A stretch of 64,000 nt of DNA from Octopus vulgaris (lineage: Eukaryota). Under the pieces are notes generated by a model. It did no database searches. It saw only the letters and a program-made list of their open reading frames with translations, and had not been told where the DNA came from. Shown one piece after another: positions 1-14,220 of the stretch. The stretch is taken from the NCBI GenBank assembly GCA_951406725.2, contig OX597842.1, forward strand, positions 23,250,001-23,314,000. Direction: 5' to 3'. Made by a program: the position numbers and the translations under genes. Position 1 is the first letter of the stretch. Each line of letters starts with the position of its first letter.

Positions 1-516
1 AGAATGTGTCAAAATAAAACAATTTTTTTCTCGGTTTTCTTGAGAAAATTGTAATTTGTTTAACGTAGTTTAATTTTTCGAATTTTAACCAATCCTATGC
101 CCTCTATTGAGATAAATCATTTGCTGCGTCTAAAACTGAGACAACATCCTGTAACTAACCCTAAACCTCCCCCCTAACCCTAAATTTTTTTTCTTAATTG
201 TTAAGCGTGTAAAAAAAACTAAAGCAATGGAATTAAATTAATTTAACAATTAAGAAAAAAATTTAGGGTTAGTTACAGGATGTTGTATCAGTTTTAGACG
301 CAGCAAATGATTTTAGTTGAATGGAGGTAATCGATTGGTTAAAATTGCCGAAATGCTTGGATTTTCAGATGAAATATCTTACAAACTATAGAATTTTCTC
401 AATAAAACCTAGAGAAAATGATGTTTTATAAACACATTCTACCAGTATACGAAGTTTAAAAGTGTTTGGTTAACTAGAAATTGTGTTGACATCTGCCGTT
501 CAAAAGGAAAAGATCC
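1..516. mobile_element. Palindromic MITE of the same superfamily (left end outside the window)
   Basis: Long inverted arms; right TIR ctgccgttcaaaaggaaaagatcc. Confidence 0.7.
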
Positions 517-893
517 CAAAGAAGCTATACTTGGTTCATATCGCAGTAGGAAATGGGAAGGGTGACCATGATCAGTTGTCCGAATAATGCCACAGCATGT
601 GTTGGATATTCGAAGGGTGATTAGCCCTAACAATGACGAAAGGGAAGGAGAAGCTAGCCCCATGTCTGTATGGAAATCTCTTACAAAAAGTAATAGAGGA
701 GCGGTCATCGTTAGATCATTGGGTGCGCGTGCAAGAAAAATAATGAACAGACAGATGTGACGTCTGGAAGGGACCAGAAGCTGGCTGACATGACATCAAG
801 TAAGGAAGCAACAGGCTGAAGACGGCCTTGTCCTTACGGGGTCTGGGACGTGGTCAAGTTATGTGCTAGAAACAGTTGCAGAGCAGAATATAT

Positions 894-1302
894 GGATATT
901 TTCGGTTTGAACAGCAGTTTTTTTTAATAATTTCCACGTAACTGAACACTTTTAAACTTCGTATACTGGTAGAATGTGTTTATAAAACATCTTTTTCTCT
1001 TGGCTTTATTGAGAAAATTCTATGGTTTGTAAGATATTTGTTGTTTTTTTTCTTCAATCTCTGCAATTTCAACCAATCAATGATGTCTATTGAGGTGAAA
1101 ACCTGTGCCGTATGAATATGTCCCTCGTTTAAGAAACAGATTGGGTTTATTTACATTTGTGAAGAAAAAAAAGATACCCTTCCCCTCACACCTAACCCTA
1201 AAACAGATTGAAATGCAATAGATCGATACTAGGGTCATAATTATGGGTGACAATTTCATATGACACCGCTAGAAAAAACTGCCAATCAAACCGAAAAGAT
1301 CC
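894..1302. mobile_element. MITE with GGATCTTTTCGGTTTGAACGGCAG-type TIRs and 8-bp TSD (Merlin-like)
   Basis: TIRs at both ends; TSD gaatatat at 886-893 and 1303-1310; a single gaatatat at the paralogous site near 16487. Confidence 0.8.
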
Positions 1303-1566
1303 GAATATATGAGTACACTTTATTAAAGTAATCTGGTCAGATTTCGGAAAAACACTTGAAGGGGAGGTTTTTGGCATAAGGGGACAAAGAAATCCACGGG
1401 AACGAATCCAGCCAATCAATAGAACCATCTTTTAGGGTATTGAATGACTACAATCTTTTCAAGGGAAGTAACAACTGCAACACTTCCATATTTGCAATTA
1501 ATTAAATAATTAAGCTGATTAGTTTATTGGTCACTGAGTCACTGTTTATTTCTGAATAGGGTAAGT
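1303..1566 (+). promoter_or_regulatory. Putative non-coding exon 1 and splice donor of gene A
   Basis: Module ending tctgaatagg|GTAAGT (1561). Homologous modules lie upstream of, and co-oriented with, genes C, D, E, F and G. Confidence 0.5.
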
Positions 1567-3978
1567 TGGTTAAGTTGACAAAGATTCACTTTAAGGTTGT
1601 AATGGTGATACTACTACTAATAATAATAATGTAAATAATAGAATTATTTTTTGAAGCGGGAACCTGACAACAATTAGGAAAATAGATCTCTTCGACTTAA
1701 TTAATAACTTTGCAGCTGAAATATTGATTTGTTGTTTATAAAATACTATGACCGACTGTTACATGCGATAGAACTGAAATTAATTGGTAAAGTGAGAATA
1801 AAACAGCGTAATTAATTAGTAAAATGTGAGGAGTCCGATTGAAGAATTCCACATTAATATATGTTATCCTGTTGTTTATGAGGCATTGATAAAACGGTAA
1901 GTTGATAAAGATTTAATGTAATGTTATATTAATAATAGTAATGATGATGATGATTTGAAAACTAGCCCAGGGTCAGCAATCTTTAATACGAGCGATAAGT
2001 CGATTGCATGGGTTCCGGTTTTTTCCTGAAAGAGATGAAAGACAAAGTCGATCTCATCCGTATTTGAACGGTAAGTTGACAAAGATTTACTTTAAGGCTC
2101 TAATAGTGATACTACTACTACTAATAATAATGTGAATAATAGAATTCTGTGAACCTCTCGATGTTACAGTAATTATTTTTCGAAGCGGGAACCTGACAAC
2201 ATTAAGAAAATATATTTCCTCATCTTAATTAATAACTTCCAAACTGAAATGTTGATTTGTTGTTTATGAAAACTTACGATCGACTTTTATATATGATATA
2301 AAGGAAATTAATTGGTAAAATGAGAGTAAAACGGCGTAATTAATTAGTAAAATGAAACCGATTGACGAATACCACGTTAATTTCTTTTGTCATGTTGTTT
2401 ACGAGGCATTGATGAAACGGTAAGTCGATACAGATTTACGGATGTTTTCGGTTTGAACGACAGTTTTAAAAAATAATTTTACCCCTAATCCTAACTCTAA
2501 AGCAGATTGAAACGCAATAGATCAATACTAGGGTCATAATTATGGGTGACAATTTCATATGACACTGCCGGTCAAACCGAAAAGATCCGATACTACTACT
2601 TCTAATGATAATGTAAGTAATAGAATTATGTGAACCTTTTAATGTTAAGTAATTATTTTGAAGAGAATACATAACATGAGGAAAATATATTTGCTCGTCT
2701 TAAATAATAATTTCAAACTGAAATGTTGATCTGTTGTTTATGAAAACCCATGATCGACTGTTACATGTGATATAAAGGAAATTAATTGGTAAAATGAGAG
2801 TAAAACGGCGTAATTAATTAGTAAAATGAAACCGATTGACGAATACCACGTTAATTTCTTTTGTCCTGTTGTTTACGAGGCATTGATGAAACGGTAAGTC
2901 GATACAGATTTACTTAAAGGTTATACTAATAATTGTAATGATGATGATGGTTTCAAATTTTGACGGAGGACTAGTAATCTTTAATGCGAGCGGGAGGAGG
3001 ATTATATGGAACCCAGAATTTTCTGGAAGTAATGAAAGGTGAAGTCGACGTCAGCCGTATTTGAACGCAGGTATTTCGTCTGTCGTTATGTTCTGAGTTC
3101 AAATTCCTTCGAGGTCGACTTTGCCTATCATCCTTTCGGGGTCGATAAATTAAGTACCAGTTACGCACTGGGGTCGATATAATCGACTTAATCCCTTTGT
3201 CTGTCCTTGTTTGTCCCTCCCCTCTGTGTTTAGCTCCTTGTGGGTAGTAAAGAAATACGTATTTCAATGCAGAATTTTATGCTCAGGTCGACTTTAGCTT
3301 TAATTCCTTTCGGGATGAATAAAAAAAATGATATTGATTATAATAAGGCGATCCTTTGGTATAGGTACCGTAAGTACCGGAAGTGGCTTTGTTTACATTT
3401 CTGAAGATAACAGAAACCCTAAACCCCCCCCCCCCCCCAATATGTGTAAAAAAAAAAAAACGATTTTGACTGAGGGCTGGCGAGCCGGATGGCTGCACCA
3501 GGCTCCAATCTTGATCTGGCAGAGTTTCTACAGCTGGATGCCCTTCCTAATGTCAACCACTCCGAGAGTGTAGTGGGTGCTTTTTACGTGCCACTGGCAC
3601 GGGAGCCAGTCAGGTGGTGCTGGCAGCGACCTTGCTCGAATCCTTTTACACATGCCACCAGCACAGGTACCAGTAAGGCGACGTTGGTAACGATCACACT
3701 CAAATGGTGCCCTTTTATGAGCCACTGGCACGGAAGCCAGTTGGCTGCTCTGGCAACAATCACACTCGGATGGTGCTCTTGGCATCCTACTAGCACGGGC
3801 ACAAGTGCCAGTAAGGCGACGCTGGTAATGATCACGCTCGAATGGTGCCCTTTAAGTCCCACTGGCACGGAAGCCGGTTAGCCGCTCTGTCAGTGATCAC
3901 GCTCGTATTGTGCTCTTTGCACCCTGCTAGCCTGGACGCCAGTCATCGAATTTGATTTTGCTTTTGATTGATTTGATT

Positions 3979-4418
3979 TGTAACAGGATCAGTTTCGGTA
4001 TCACTGGAGGGGTGTCCGATCTGATCCCATCACATACAATTTTGGTAGAATAACAGACAAGTCAGGTGATCTACGAACACAGCAAAATGGTTGTTTATTT
4101 TTCGTCGCAATGTAGAACTGGTGTATGCGTTCTCTGGGGGGCAACCGACAGCCGAATCTGCAGTACTGAATACTCGCTTTCTTGTTTGTTAGTCGAACGA
4201 TTCGTCGGGTTCGCTGCTTGGTTTGTATGAAGTCCTCAGAGAGTCTGCCAATACATGTCCGTTCACGGGTGCTGCCTGAGCCAGAAAGGAAGAGTGAGCG
4301 AACTGCGTTTTAGGGGTCAGTTTCCCGCACATGCGCATGAGGAAGACTTCCTGTGGCCAACCGGAAGTTATCCAATGCTGCGTATGTGCGCTGAACCTTA
4401 CACAGCAGCATCACTACA
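3979..4418 (-). mobile_element. Probable solo LTR
   Basis: 440-bp GC-richer insert bounded by TGTA...TACA and flanked by gatt/gatt; minus-strand AATAAA near 4095. Confidence 0.6.
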
Positions 4419-4982
4419 GATTTGATTTGATTTTATAAATATGAATTAGTATACATATATCAAACTTATAAAGTCAAATACAAAATATAAGATGTAAAAC
4501 TGTGCATCAAAATAAAAGTGTCTTTGATCAAATGTGAAAAATATCCTCTTTATCTCACTGACTCTTTTTTTTCTATTTCAGAATATCACATCATGTTGAC
4601 ATAAAAGAAATTACTTCATCCAGATGTGCCTTTGATGTTTTTATCAACATTTATTGACTAAAGGAAGACAATATATTTATAAGGAGCATTCATCAATACA
4701 TCTACGTTTTTATATAAAGAAAGTCTATGACAAAATATTGGGAAATATTTCTTCTGGACGATGGAATTAACAGCAACAATTTGAAGTCTATGCTCTCTGG
4801 AATAGAAAGGAGATGATTGCTTTACAGATTAATTAAACTAGGATAACTTTACAAAGAAGTTTACAGTTTTCACCTACTTCTGTAAATCATTCTCTGAAAA
4901 TAGTGACTCAACTGAACACAAACACATTCATATATATGGAAACGACACTATCATTGTGATATGCATGATCAATCATTCTCTC

Positions 4983-6296
4983 ATGATGAATCATTTAACT
5001 AAACCAAAAAACCTTGATGCAGGAGAGAAACCATATCCCTGTAATATCTGTGGGAAATCATTCTCTCAAAGGAGTAACTTAACAATACACAAACGTATTC
5101 ATACAGGAGAGAAACCATTTCATTGTAACGTCTGTGGTAAATCATTCTCTGAAAATAGTCATTTGACTAGACACAAACGTTTTCATACTGGGCAAAAACC
5201 ATATCACTGTAATATCTGTGATAAATCATTTTCTGAAAGTATTTTTTTAACTAGACACAAACGTATTCATACAGGGGAGATGCCATATCGTTGTGATACT
5301 TGTGGTAAATCATTTTCTCGATGTGATGCCTTGACTACACACAAACGTACACATACAGGAGAAAAGCCACATCATTGTGATATTTGTGGTAAATCATTCT
5401 CTGAAAGTGGTAACTTGACTCGACACAAATTTACACATACAGGAGAGAAGCCATATCATTGTGATATTTGTGATAAATCATTCTCTCAAAGTGGCGACTT
5501 GACAAGACACAAACACACACATACAGGAGTGAAGTCATATCATTGTAATATCTGTGGTAAATTATTCTCTAGAAATAATCATTTGACTAGTCACAAACGT
5601 ATTCATACTGGTGAAAAGCCATATCAGTGTGATATTTGTGGTAAATCATTCTCTAGAAATATTTATTTGAAGAGTCACATACGCGTTCATACAGGAGAAA
5701 AACCATGTTATTGTGATATTTGTGGTAAATCATCCTCTGAAATTGGTGCTTTGAGTAGACACAAACGTACACATACAGGAGAAAAGCCATATCATTGTGA
5801 TATCTGTGGTAAATCATTCTCTGAAAGTGGTGCCTTGACTAAACACAAACGTACACATACAGGAGAAAAGCCATATCATTGTGATATTTGTGGTAAATCA
5901 TTCTCTGAAAGTGGTGCCTTGACTAGTCACAAACGCATTCATTCAGGAGAGAAGCCTTATCATTGTGATATTTGTGGTAAATCATTCTCTCAAAGTGGGG
6001 ACTTGCTTAAACACAAACTTACACATACAGGAGAGAAACCATATCAGTGTAATATCTGTGGTAAATCATTCTCAGCAAGTAGTAATTTGACTTGTCACAT
6101 ACGTATTCATACTGGGGAAAAACCATATTGTTGTGGTATTTGTGGTAAATCATTTTCTAAAAATAGCGGTTTAACTAGTCACAAACGTGTTCATACAGGA
6201 GAGAAACCATATCACTGTGTTGTGTGTGGTAAATCATTCTCTCAAACGAGTGCCTTAGGTAGACACAAGCGAGCACATACTAGGGAGGAGCCATAA
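4983..6296 (+). CDS. C2H2 zinc-finger protein, 15 tandem fingers (gene A)
   Basis: ORF 4956..6296 has 15 CxxC-x12-HxxxH repeats with TGEKPY linkers. The family-type start MMNHLTKPK is at ATG 4983 (another in-frame ATG at 4965). Acceptor tttttttctatttcAG ends at 4581. Confidence 0.9.
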   Translation: MMNHLTKPKNLDAGEKPYPCNICGKSFSQRSNLTIHKRIHTGEKPFHCNVCGKSFSENSHLTRHKRFHTGQKPYHCNICDKSFSESIFLTRHKRIHTGEMPYRCDTCGKSFSRCDALTTHKRTHTGEKPHHCDICGKSFSESGNLTRHKFTHTGEKPYHCDICDKSFSQSGDLTRHKHTHTGVKSYHCNICGKLFSRNNHLTSHKRIHTGEKPYQCDICGKSFSRNIYLKSHIRVHTGEKPCYCDICGKSSSEIGALSRHKRTHTGEKPYHCDICGKSFSESGALTKHKRTHTGEKPYHCDICGKSFSESGALTSHKRIHSGEKPYHCDICGKSFSQSGDLLKHKLTHTGEKPYQCNICGKSFSASSNLTCHIRIHTGEKPYCCGICGKSFSKNSGLTSHKRVHTGEKPYHCVVCGKSFSQTSALGRHKRAHTREEP

Positions 6297-6689
6297 CATT
6301 CCAGTACCTGTGGTAGTTTCTTTTTTGAAGATGGTGTTTTGGCATCCAGCTGTAGAAACACTGCCAGATCATACTGGGCCTGGCGCAGCCTTCAGGCTTC
6401 CCAGACCCCAGTTGAACCATCCAACCCATGCTAGCATGGAAAATGGATGTTAAACGATGATGATGATGTTCATGCTGGAGAGAAACTATGTCGTTGTGTT
6501 ATATGTAGTAAATCATTCTCTTATAGATCCATTACCAGAGCCCCTTCTGCCGGCTTGTGGCCCTAATATCACTCGGTCTCAGACCAATCCGCCTTGGGTG
6601 GCCCTACCAGGAACCGAAGTTCCCGACAGCATAGCTCTGACAATACTCATTGCCAGCGTCCCCACCACGGTGAGGAGAGGATGGACTTT

Positions 6690-7180
6690 GTGTCTGAGTG
6701 GTAAGTAGCTTGCTTACCAATCACATGGTTCCGGGTTCAGTCCCACTGCGTGACATCTTGGGCAAGTGTCTTCTGCTATAGCCACGGGCCGACCAATGCC
6801 TTGTGAGTGGATTTGATAGACGGAAACTGAAAGAAGCCTGTCGTATATATGTATGAGTGTGGATATGTTTGTGTGTCTGTGTTTGTCCCCCTAGCATTGC
6901 TTGACAACCGATGCTGGTGTGTTTACGTCCCCGTCACTTAGCAGTTCGGCAAAAGAGACCGATAGAATAAGTACTGGGCTTACAAAGAATAAATCTCAGG
7001 GTCGATTCTTGACAACCGATGCTGATGTGTTTACGTCCCCGTTACTTAGCGGTTCGGCAAAAGAGACCGATAGAATAAGTACTGGGCTTACAAAGAATAA
7101 ATCTCGGGGGCGATTTGCTCGACCAAAGGCGGTGCTCCAGCATGGCCACAGTCAAATGACTGAAACAAGTAAAAGAGAGT
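6690..7180 (+). mobile_element. tRNA-derived SINE family 1 (CORE-like)
   Basis: A/B-box-like head (gtggtaag..ggttcagtcc), cttgggcaagtg core, internal (TA/GT)n. Other copies at 10610-10950, 15889-16415, 31357-31520, 31754-32145, 39452-39620 and 59868-60000. Confidence 0.75.
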
Positions 7181-7599
7181 ATCTGCTAATTTCTGATATT
7201 TCAAGGTTTTTTTGTCTCAGTACAAAGACATTTCACTCCATGAAGTGACTACACCATGTAGTAGTACAAATTCATTTTCCTTCATGAATCAGTGACTTTG
7301 AAGTCTTTTGCTGAGCTCTTTGTTGGCTTTTGCCCACAAAAGTGCACAAATGCGTATTTTATTTCCTGAAACAATGAATCCATTTTGACGCTGCTCACGG
7401 ACCAAGTCTGCTACATGCTTCCCTAGAATCAGCCAGTGTGCAGTACCTCCTCTCACGGTACAATTTGTCCTGTGTATACTCCTTAATAAATCTTTATTAT
7501 AAATATTAATTATATTTGTATTTTTTGTTATTTATGTATTGCTTTATGTCTATCACTGTTTAAGTTGCTTAATAGTGGTTTTATCTCTAATTTAATTTA

Positions 7600-8224
7600 T
7601 GCCAACCTCCCTTCATTGGACACTAAACTCTGCTTGTGAAGACCTGTTGGGGCAAGTGAAATCGAAATCGAAATTGAACCAATCCTATGACTGGCACCCG
7701 GCAGTTGCCAGGGCCGCTGGACTGACTCCTGTGCAGGTGGCAAGTGAAGAAACACCATTTCAACCCTGTGCTTGAGGAGATCCATTGAGTCAATTATACC
7801 GACATCAAAATCAATGGAAACTGCAGTTGTGATCCCTGAGCCAGTGGCACGTAAAAAGCACCATCTGAAGGTGGCCGATGCCAGCGCCGCCCTGACTAGC
7901 TTCCATGCCGGTGGCATGTAAAAAGCGCTATCTGAATCGTGGCCGATGCCAGCGCCGCCTTGACTGGCTTCCATGCCGGTGGCACGTAAAAAGCACCGAT
8001 CCGATCATGGCCGTTTGCCAGCCTCGCATGGCACCTGTGCAGGTGGCACGTAAAAAGCACCCACTACACTCATGGAGTGGTTGGCATGAGGAAGGGCATC
8101 CAGCTGTAGAAACATTGCCAGATCAGACTGGAGCCTGGTGCAGCCTTCTGGCTTCCCAGATCCCCGGTCGAACCGTCCAACCCATGTTAGCATGGAGAAC
8201 GGACGTTAAACGATGATGATGATG
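7600..8224 (+). mobile_element. SINE-like family 3 with internal ~60-bp repeats and (GAT)n tail
   Basis: gtggcacgtaaaaagcacc repeats, ggaagggcatccagctgtagaaac, and the tail ggacgttaaacgatgatgat. Copies at 3470-3950, 6340-6468, 9020-9360, 9668-10085, 14370-14588, 19115-19520, 29302-29720, 40560-40907, 42998-43295, 49400-49715 and 57901-58085. Confidence 0.75.
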
Positions 8225-11200
8225 ATATATATATTTAAACACATAAGAGATGGCCATAATAGGACATCTGACTCACTAGAAAGAGCAGTTAAACTCCAAA
8301 CCACTATTAGTTGTAATTCGGAAATGGAAAGAGAAATAAAAACGTTTACCCTATCTTTCTTGGACTATGCATAATTTCGGCAATCTTTTGTAAATAAAAT
8401 AAAATTATTTTAATTTACGATTGGCGTTGCCATCTTCAGCATTTTTTTTTCTTTCTCGCTAGACCACTGGTGGCGGAGAATTTTTCTAGAATTTATATAT
8501 ATATATGTATATTAGAAGAAATGAGGTACTCAGAAATTCGGATGGTTTTATATTTACAGATATTTATTTCTATATTACATGTTTTTATACATAATATATC
8601 ATATATTAGCGCTTTTGTCCATTCTAGTGGAGTTTTCAAATCGAACTAAGTTCTTGCAGGAATTTGGACTCTTTTTATAGTGTTATTGAGTGTGTAGTGG
8701 TGGGGAGAGATATAAGATAGTACAAGAGGGTGATGAATGGGGACAAAGTGTGAGAGAGCACGTGTATGTGTGTGTGTTTTTGTATCTGAAAGGGGTGTTA
8801 AAGTTAAAAGAGGAAAGGAAGAAAAGGGAAAGAAAGAAGTAAAAAATTTTTGTTGATCTCTTTGCAGCTGGTCTGGTTGGCAATAATAATCGACTGTTTA
8901 CTCCAAGGGGGACAAAATCTCACCTTTCAAAAAATTGTCTGAATTTATATTCAGTGCCTCATTTCTTCTAATGTAAAATACCTGTACATTATCTCCAAAC
9001 CTTCTAATATATATATCGAAATCGATCAAAAAATCAATAGAAATTGTAGTTGTGATACCAGTGCCGGTGGCATGTAAAAAGCACCATCTGAACATGGCCG
9101 TTGCCAGCACTGCCTCGACTGGCTTCCATGCCAGTGGCACGTAAAAAGCACCAACCAATCGTGGCCGTTGCCAGCCTCGCCTGGCACATAAAAAGCACCC
9201 ACTACCCTCACGGAGTAGTTGGCGTTAGGAAGGGCATCCAGCTTTAGAAACACTGCCAGATCAGACTGGAGCCTGGTGCAGCCCCCCCGGCTTCCAAGAC
9301 CCCGGTCGAATCATCCAACCCATGCTAGGAAGGAAAACGGACGTTAAACAATGATGATGATATATATATGTATATATATATAAATATGTGTAAGCATATA
9401 TATTTCTACAAAGATATCTGTATATGTGTGTGTATATATATGCACACATAAGCGATTGTTTAGTGTGTGTATTTACACGTATTTTAGGCGAATTAGCTAT
9501 GTACATATGTGTGTTTAATTAGATGTGAAGGTGTATATGTCACTATGCCATTGCATATTTGGATGAACATATATTTGTACAAATATATATTCATAATTCC
9601 TTATTGTGTGTATGCGTATGTAGGTGTCTTACGTCTCTGTGTGTGTAACTTTATATATGAGCGTATACCATCATCATCGTTTAACGTCCGTTCTCCATGC
9701 TAGCATGGGTTGCACAGTTTGACCGGGGTCTGGGAAGTCAGGAGGCTGCACCAGGCTCCAGTCTGATCTGGCAGTGTTTCTACAGCTGGATGCCCTTCCT
9801 AATGCCAACCACTCGGTAAGTGTAGTGGGTGCTTTTTACGTGCCACCCGCACAGGTGCCAGACGGGGCTGGCATACGGCCACGATCGGATGGTGCTTTTT
9901 ACGTGCCACTGGCACAGGGGCCATGTGAGGCTGGCAAACGGCCATGATCGGATGATGTTTTTTTACGTGCCACTGGCACGAGGCCAGTCGGGGCGGCGCT
10001 GGCAACGGCCACGTTCGGATGGTTCTCTTACGTGCCACCGGCACTGGTATCACAGCTGCAATTTCCATTGATGTTGATCGATTTCAAGTAGTTATTTTGT
10101 CTGCTTGCTAATCCTCCTTAAGGCTATTTTTGTCTTCAAGGAACCGATACAGGTTGGCACCTGTGGCTTCACAACTCATTTCAACAGCTGAGTGAACAGG
10201 AGCAGCATGAAATAAAGTGCCTTGCTCAAGAACACAACACGCAGCCCAGTCCAGGATTCGAGCTCACAACCTGAATCGTATGGTCAAAGCTCTAGCGAGT
10301 GAGCCATGCGCGTCTCACACGGACACACATATCTTATTGACATCTTCTTTATCATTTCAGAAACAAAGTAGATTGTATTTACAAACCTTAGTTTCATCCT
10401 ATTGCCATTTATAAGACATAACTATGTCATACCTTCCCCTATTTACTCCTTCATTTTCTCTCTCACCTTGTCTCGTCTTCTACCCACCCACGCATCCTAG
10501 CAGCCGTATTAAGGAGAGCAGGAACTACTCACTCATCTGGTAAAATCAGGTCAACTGAGTCATCTGTTTTCTGAGAAGTTCTAATTGCTAATTCTTACCT
10601 TTATTCACCTGGCTGTGTGGTAAGTAGCTTGCTTACCAACCACATGGTTCCGGGTTCAGTCCCACTGCGTGACATCTTGGGCAAGTGTCTTCTGCTATAG
10701 CCCCGGGCCAACCAATGCCTTGTGAGTGGATTTGGTAGACGGAAACTGAAAGAAACCTGTCGTATATATGTGTGTGTGTGTGTGTATATGTTTGTGTTTG
10801 TCTCCCCGTTACTTAGCGGTTCGGCAAAAGAGACCAATAGAATAAGTACTGGGCTTCCAAAGAATAAGTCCCGGGGTCGATTTGCTCGACTAAAGGCGGT
10901 GCTCCAGCATGGCCGCAGTCAAATGACTGAAACAAGTAAGAGAGAGAAAGCGATGCCTTCCCCTCTATACTCCCTTCATTTTCTCTCTCACCTTGTCTTG
11001 TCTTCTACCCAACCACACATTCTAGCAGCCGTATTAACGAGATCAGAAGCTACTCATTTACCTGGCAAATCAGGTTAATTGAGTCACCTGGCATTATGTT
11101 CTGTTTTCCGAGAAGTTCTAATTGCTAATTCTTACCTTTATTCACCTGATTGAAACGGTTGTCTTGCAGGATGTAGCACTTTTGTTCATCAGTAAAGAAC

Positions 11201-11796
11201 GTGTTTGAAACAGCTGTAGTGAACCACAGCCCATCTTTGTTATTAATCACTCTTCACCTTACTCAGAACTTTCTTTCGGTTCATTTGCATCTGGAGTCTA
11301 CAGTCAACAGTGGAATATGTGCAGTGAGTGTAGTCCTTTATGAATGCGATGACAGTTACTTGTGGATGTATGCATAATTTGAAGGACAAATCCGTATATA
11401 ATTTATTAAGTATATATATGTCAGTGTATGCTATGGGTAAATAGGTGGGTTATCCACAGCTCTACATTGATGTTTAAATATTTAAACGAGGTAGGAGCAT
11501 GAAGGTTAAAGGATGATGATGATGATGAAAACACAACCAAGACCAAATCAATGTCACTTAAATCTTTTATTCATTATTCTCTCATAACAAATTCCTCAAA
11601 AACTCCAGCACAATCCTCTTCAAACATCAAAGTTCTCACTGTGTTGATATATTTAGATATATCCATGATACTGAAGTCAATATTCATGAAATTGAAGTTG
11701 AATACATCAAGCTTGAAGAGGGAGACACCTTCTCTGGTAGAAGACAAAAAACTCATAATTGTTGATATGTTGTAATAAATTTTTATATTGATATTT

Positions 11797-13093
<1,297 letters not shown>

Positions 13094-13708
13094 GAGAGGA
13101 TAATTTGTCATAAATATCACATTGATAGTGTTTATTTCATTTCTATGAGAACGTTTGTGTTCAGTTGTGTCACTATTTTTAGGGAATAATTTAATGCCGT
13201 TTCTTTCATCTGTGATTTTGCTTAATATCTAAATCAAGAGGTGACAATTGTCTACCCCTTTGTAAAGTTATCCAAGCTTAATTAACCTGTAAAACAATCA
13301 TCTCCTCTATATTCCAGACAGCAAAGACTTCAAATTGTTACTGTTAATTTCATCGTCCAGAAGAAACATTTCCCAATATTTTGTCATAGACTTTCTTTAT
13401 ATAAAAACGTAGATGTATTGATGAATGCTCCTTATAAATATATCGTCTTCCTTTAGTCAATAAAAGTTGATAAAAACATCAAAGGCACGTCTGGATGAAG
13501 TAATTTCTTTTATGTCAACAGGATGTGATATTCTGAAACAGAAAAAAAGAGTCAGTGAGATAAAGAGGATAGTTAAATGACATAGCAATTCAACATAGCC
13601 AATATTCTTTTCTACTCTAGGCACAAGGCCCATAATTTGTGGGGAGGGGCCAGGCAATTACATCGACCCTAGTATGCAACTGGTACTCAATTTATCAACC
13701 TTTAAAGG

Positions 13709-14220
13709 ATGAAACACAACAAAGACCAAATCAATGTCACTTCAAACTTTTATTCATTATTCTCATTCCTTTATTCTCTCCTAACAAATTCCTCAAAAAC
13801 TCCAGCACAATCCTCTTCAGAAATCAAAGTTCTCACTGTGTTGATATATTTAGATATATCTATGATACTGAAGTTGATATTCATGAAATTGAAGTTGAAT
13901 ACATGAAGCTTGAAGAGGAATAAACCTTGTCTTGTAGAAGACAAAAAACTCATAATTGTTGATATGTTGTAATAAATTTTTATATTGATATTTTTACGCT
14001 TGTGTATGAATATTCAAATGTCTACTTAAGCGACAGAAATAGAAAAAAAGAGTCAGTGAGATAAAGAGAATAGTCAAAAGATACAGTGATTCAACATTGC
14101 AAATATTCATTTCTACTCTAGGCACAAGGTCCAGAATTTGTGGGGATGGGCCAGGCAATTAGATCAACCCCAGTATATAAATGGTACTCAATTTATTGAC
14201 CCTGAAAGGATGAAACACAA
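13709..14220 (-). pseudogene. Internally deleted duplicate of gene B (acceptor region fused to last codons and 3' module)
   Basis: 13720-14034 copies 11530-11835. From 14035 it switches directly to a copy of the B acceptor/intron sequence (13535-13720). Confidence 0.75.

Noticed and set aside
517-885. GC-richer coding-like segment, vaguely similar to 48170-48950 on the opposite strand
   Set aside because: The similarity is too weak to support by eye and there is no recognisable motif; a tBLASTx search is needed.
4582-4660. Conserved 25-codon frame at the start of the main exon (RISHHVDIKEITSS...) as a uORF or remnant domain
   Set aside because: It is interrupted by stops in D and E and has no consistent start.
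6535-6685. RTE 5'-UTR-like fragment as a possible HDV-like ribozyme
   Set aside because: I could not build a convincing nested double pseudoknot by eye.
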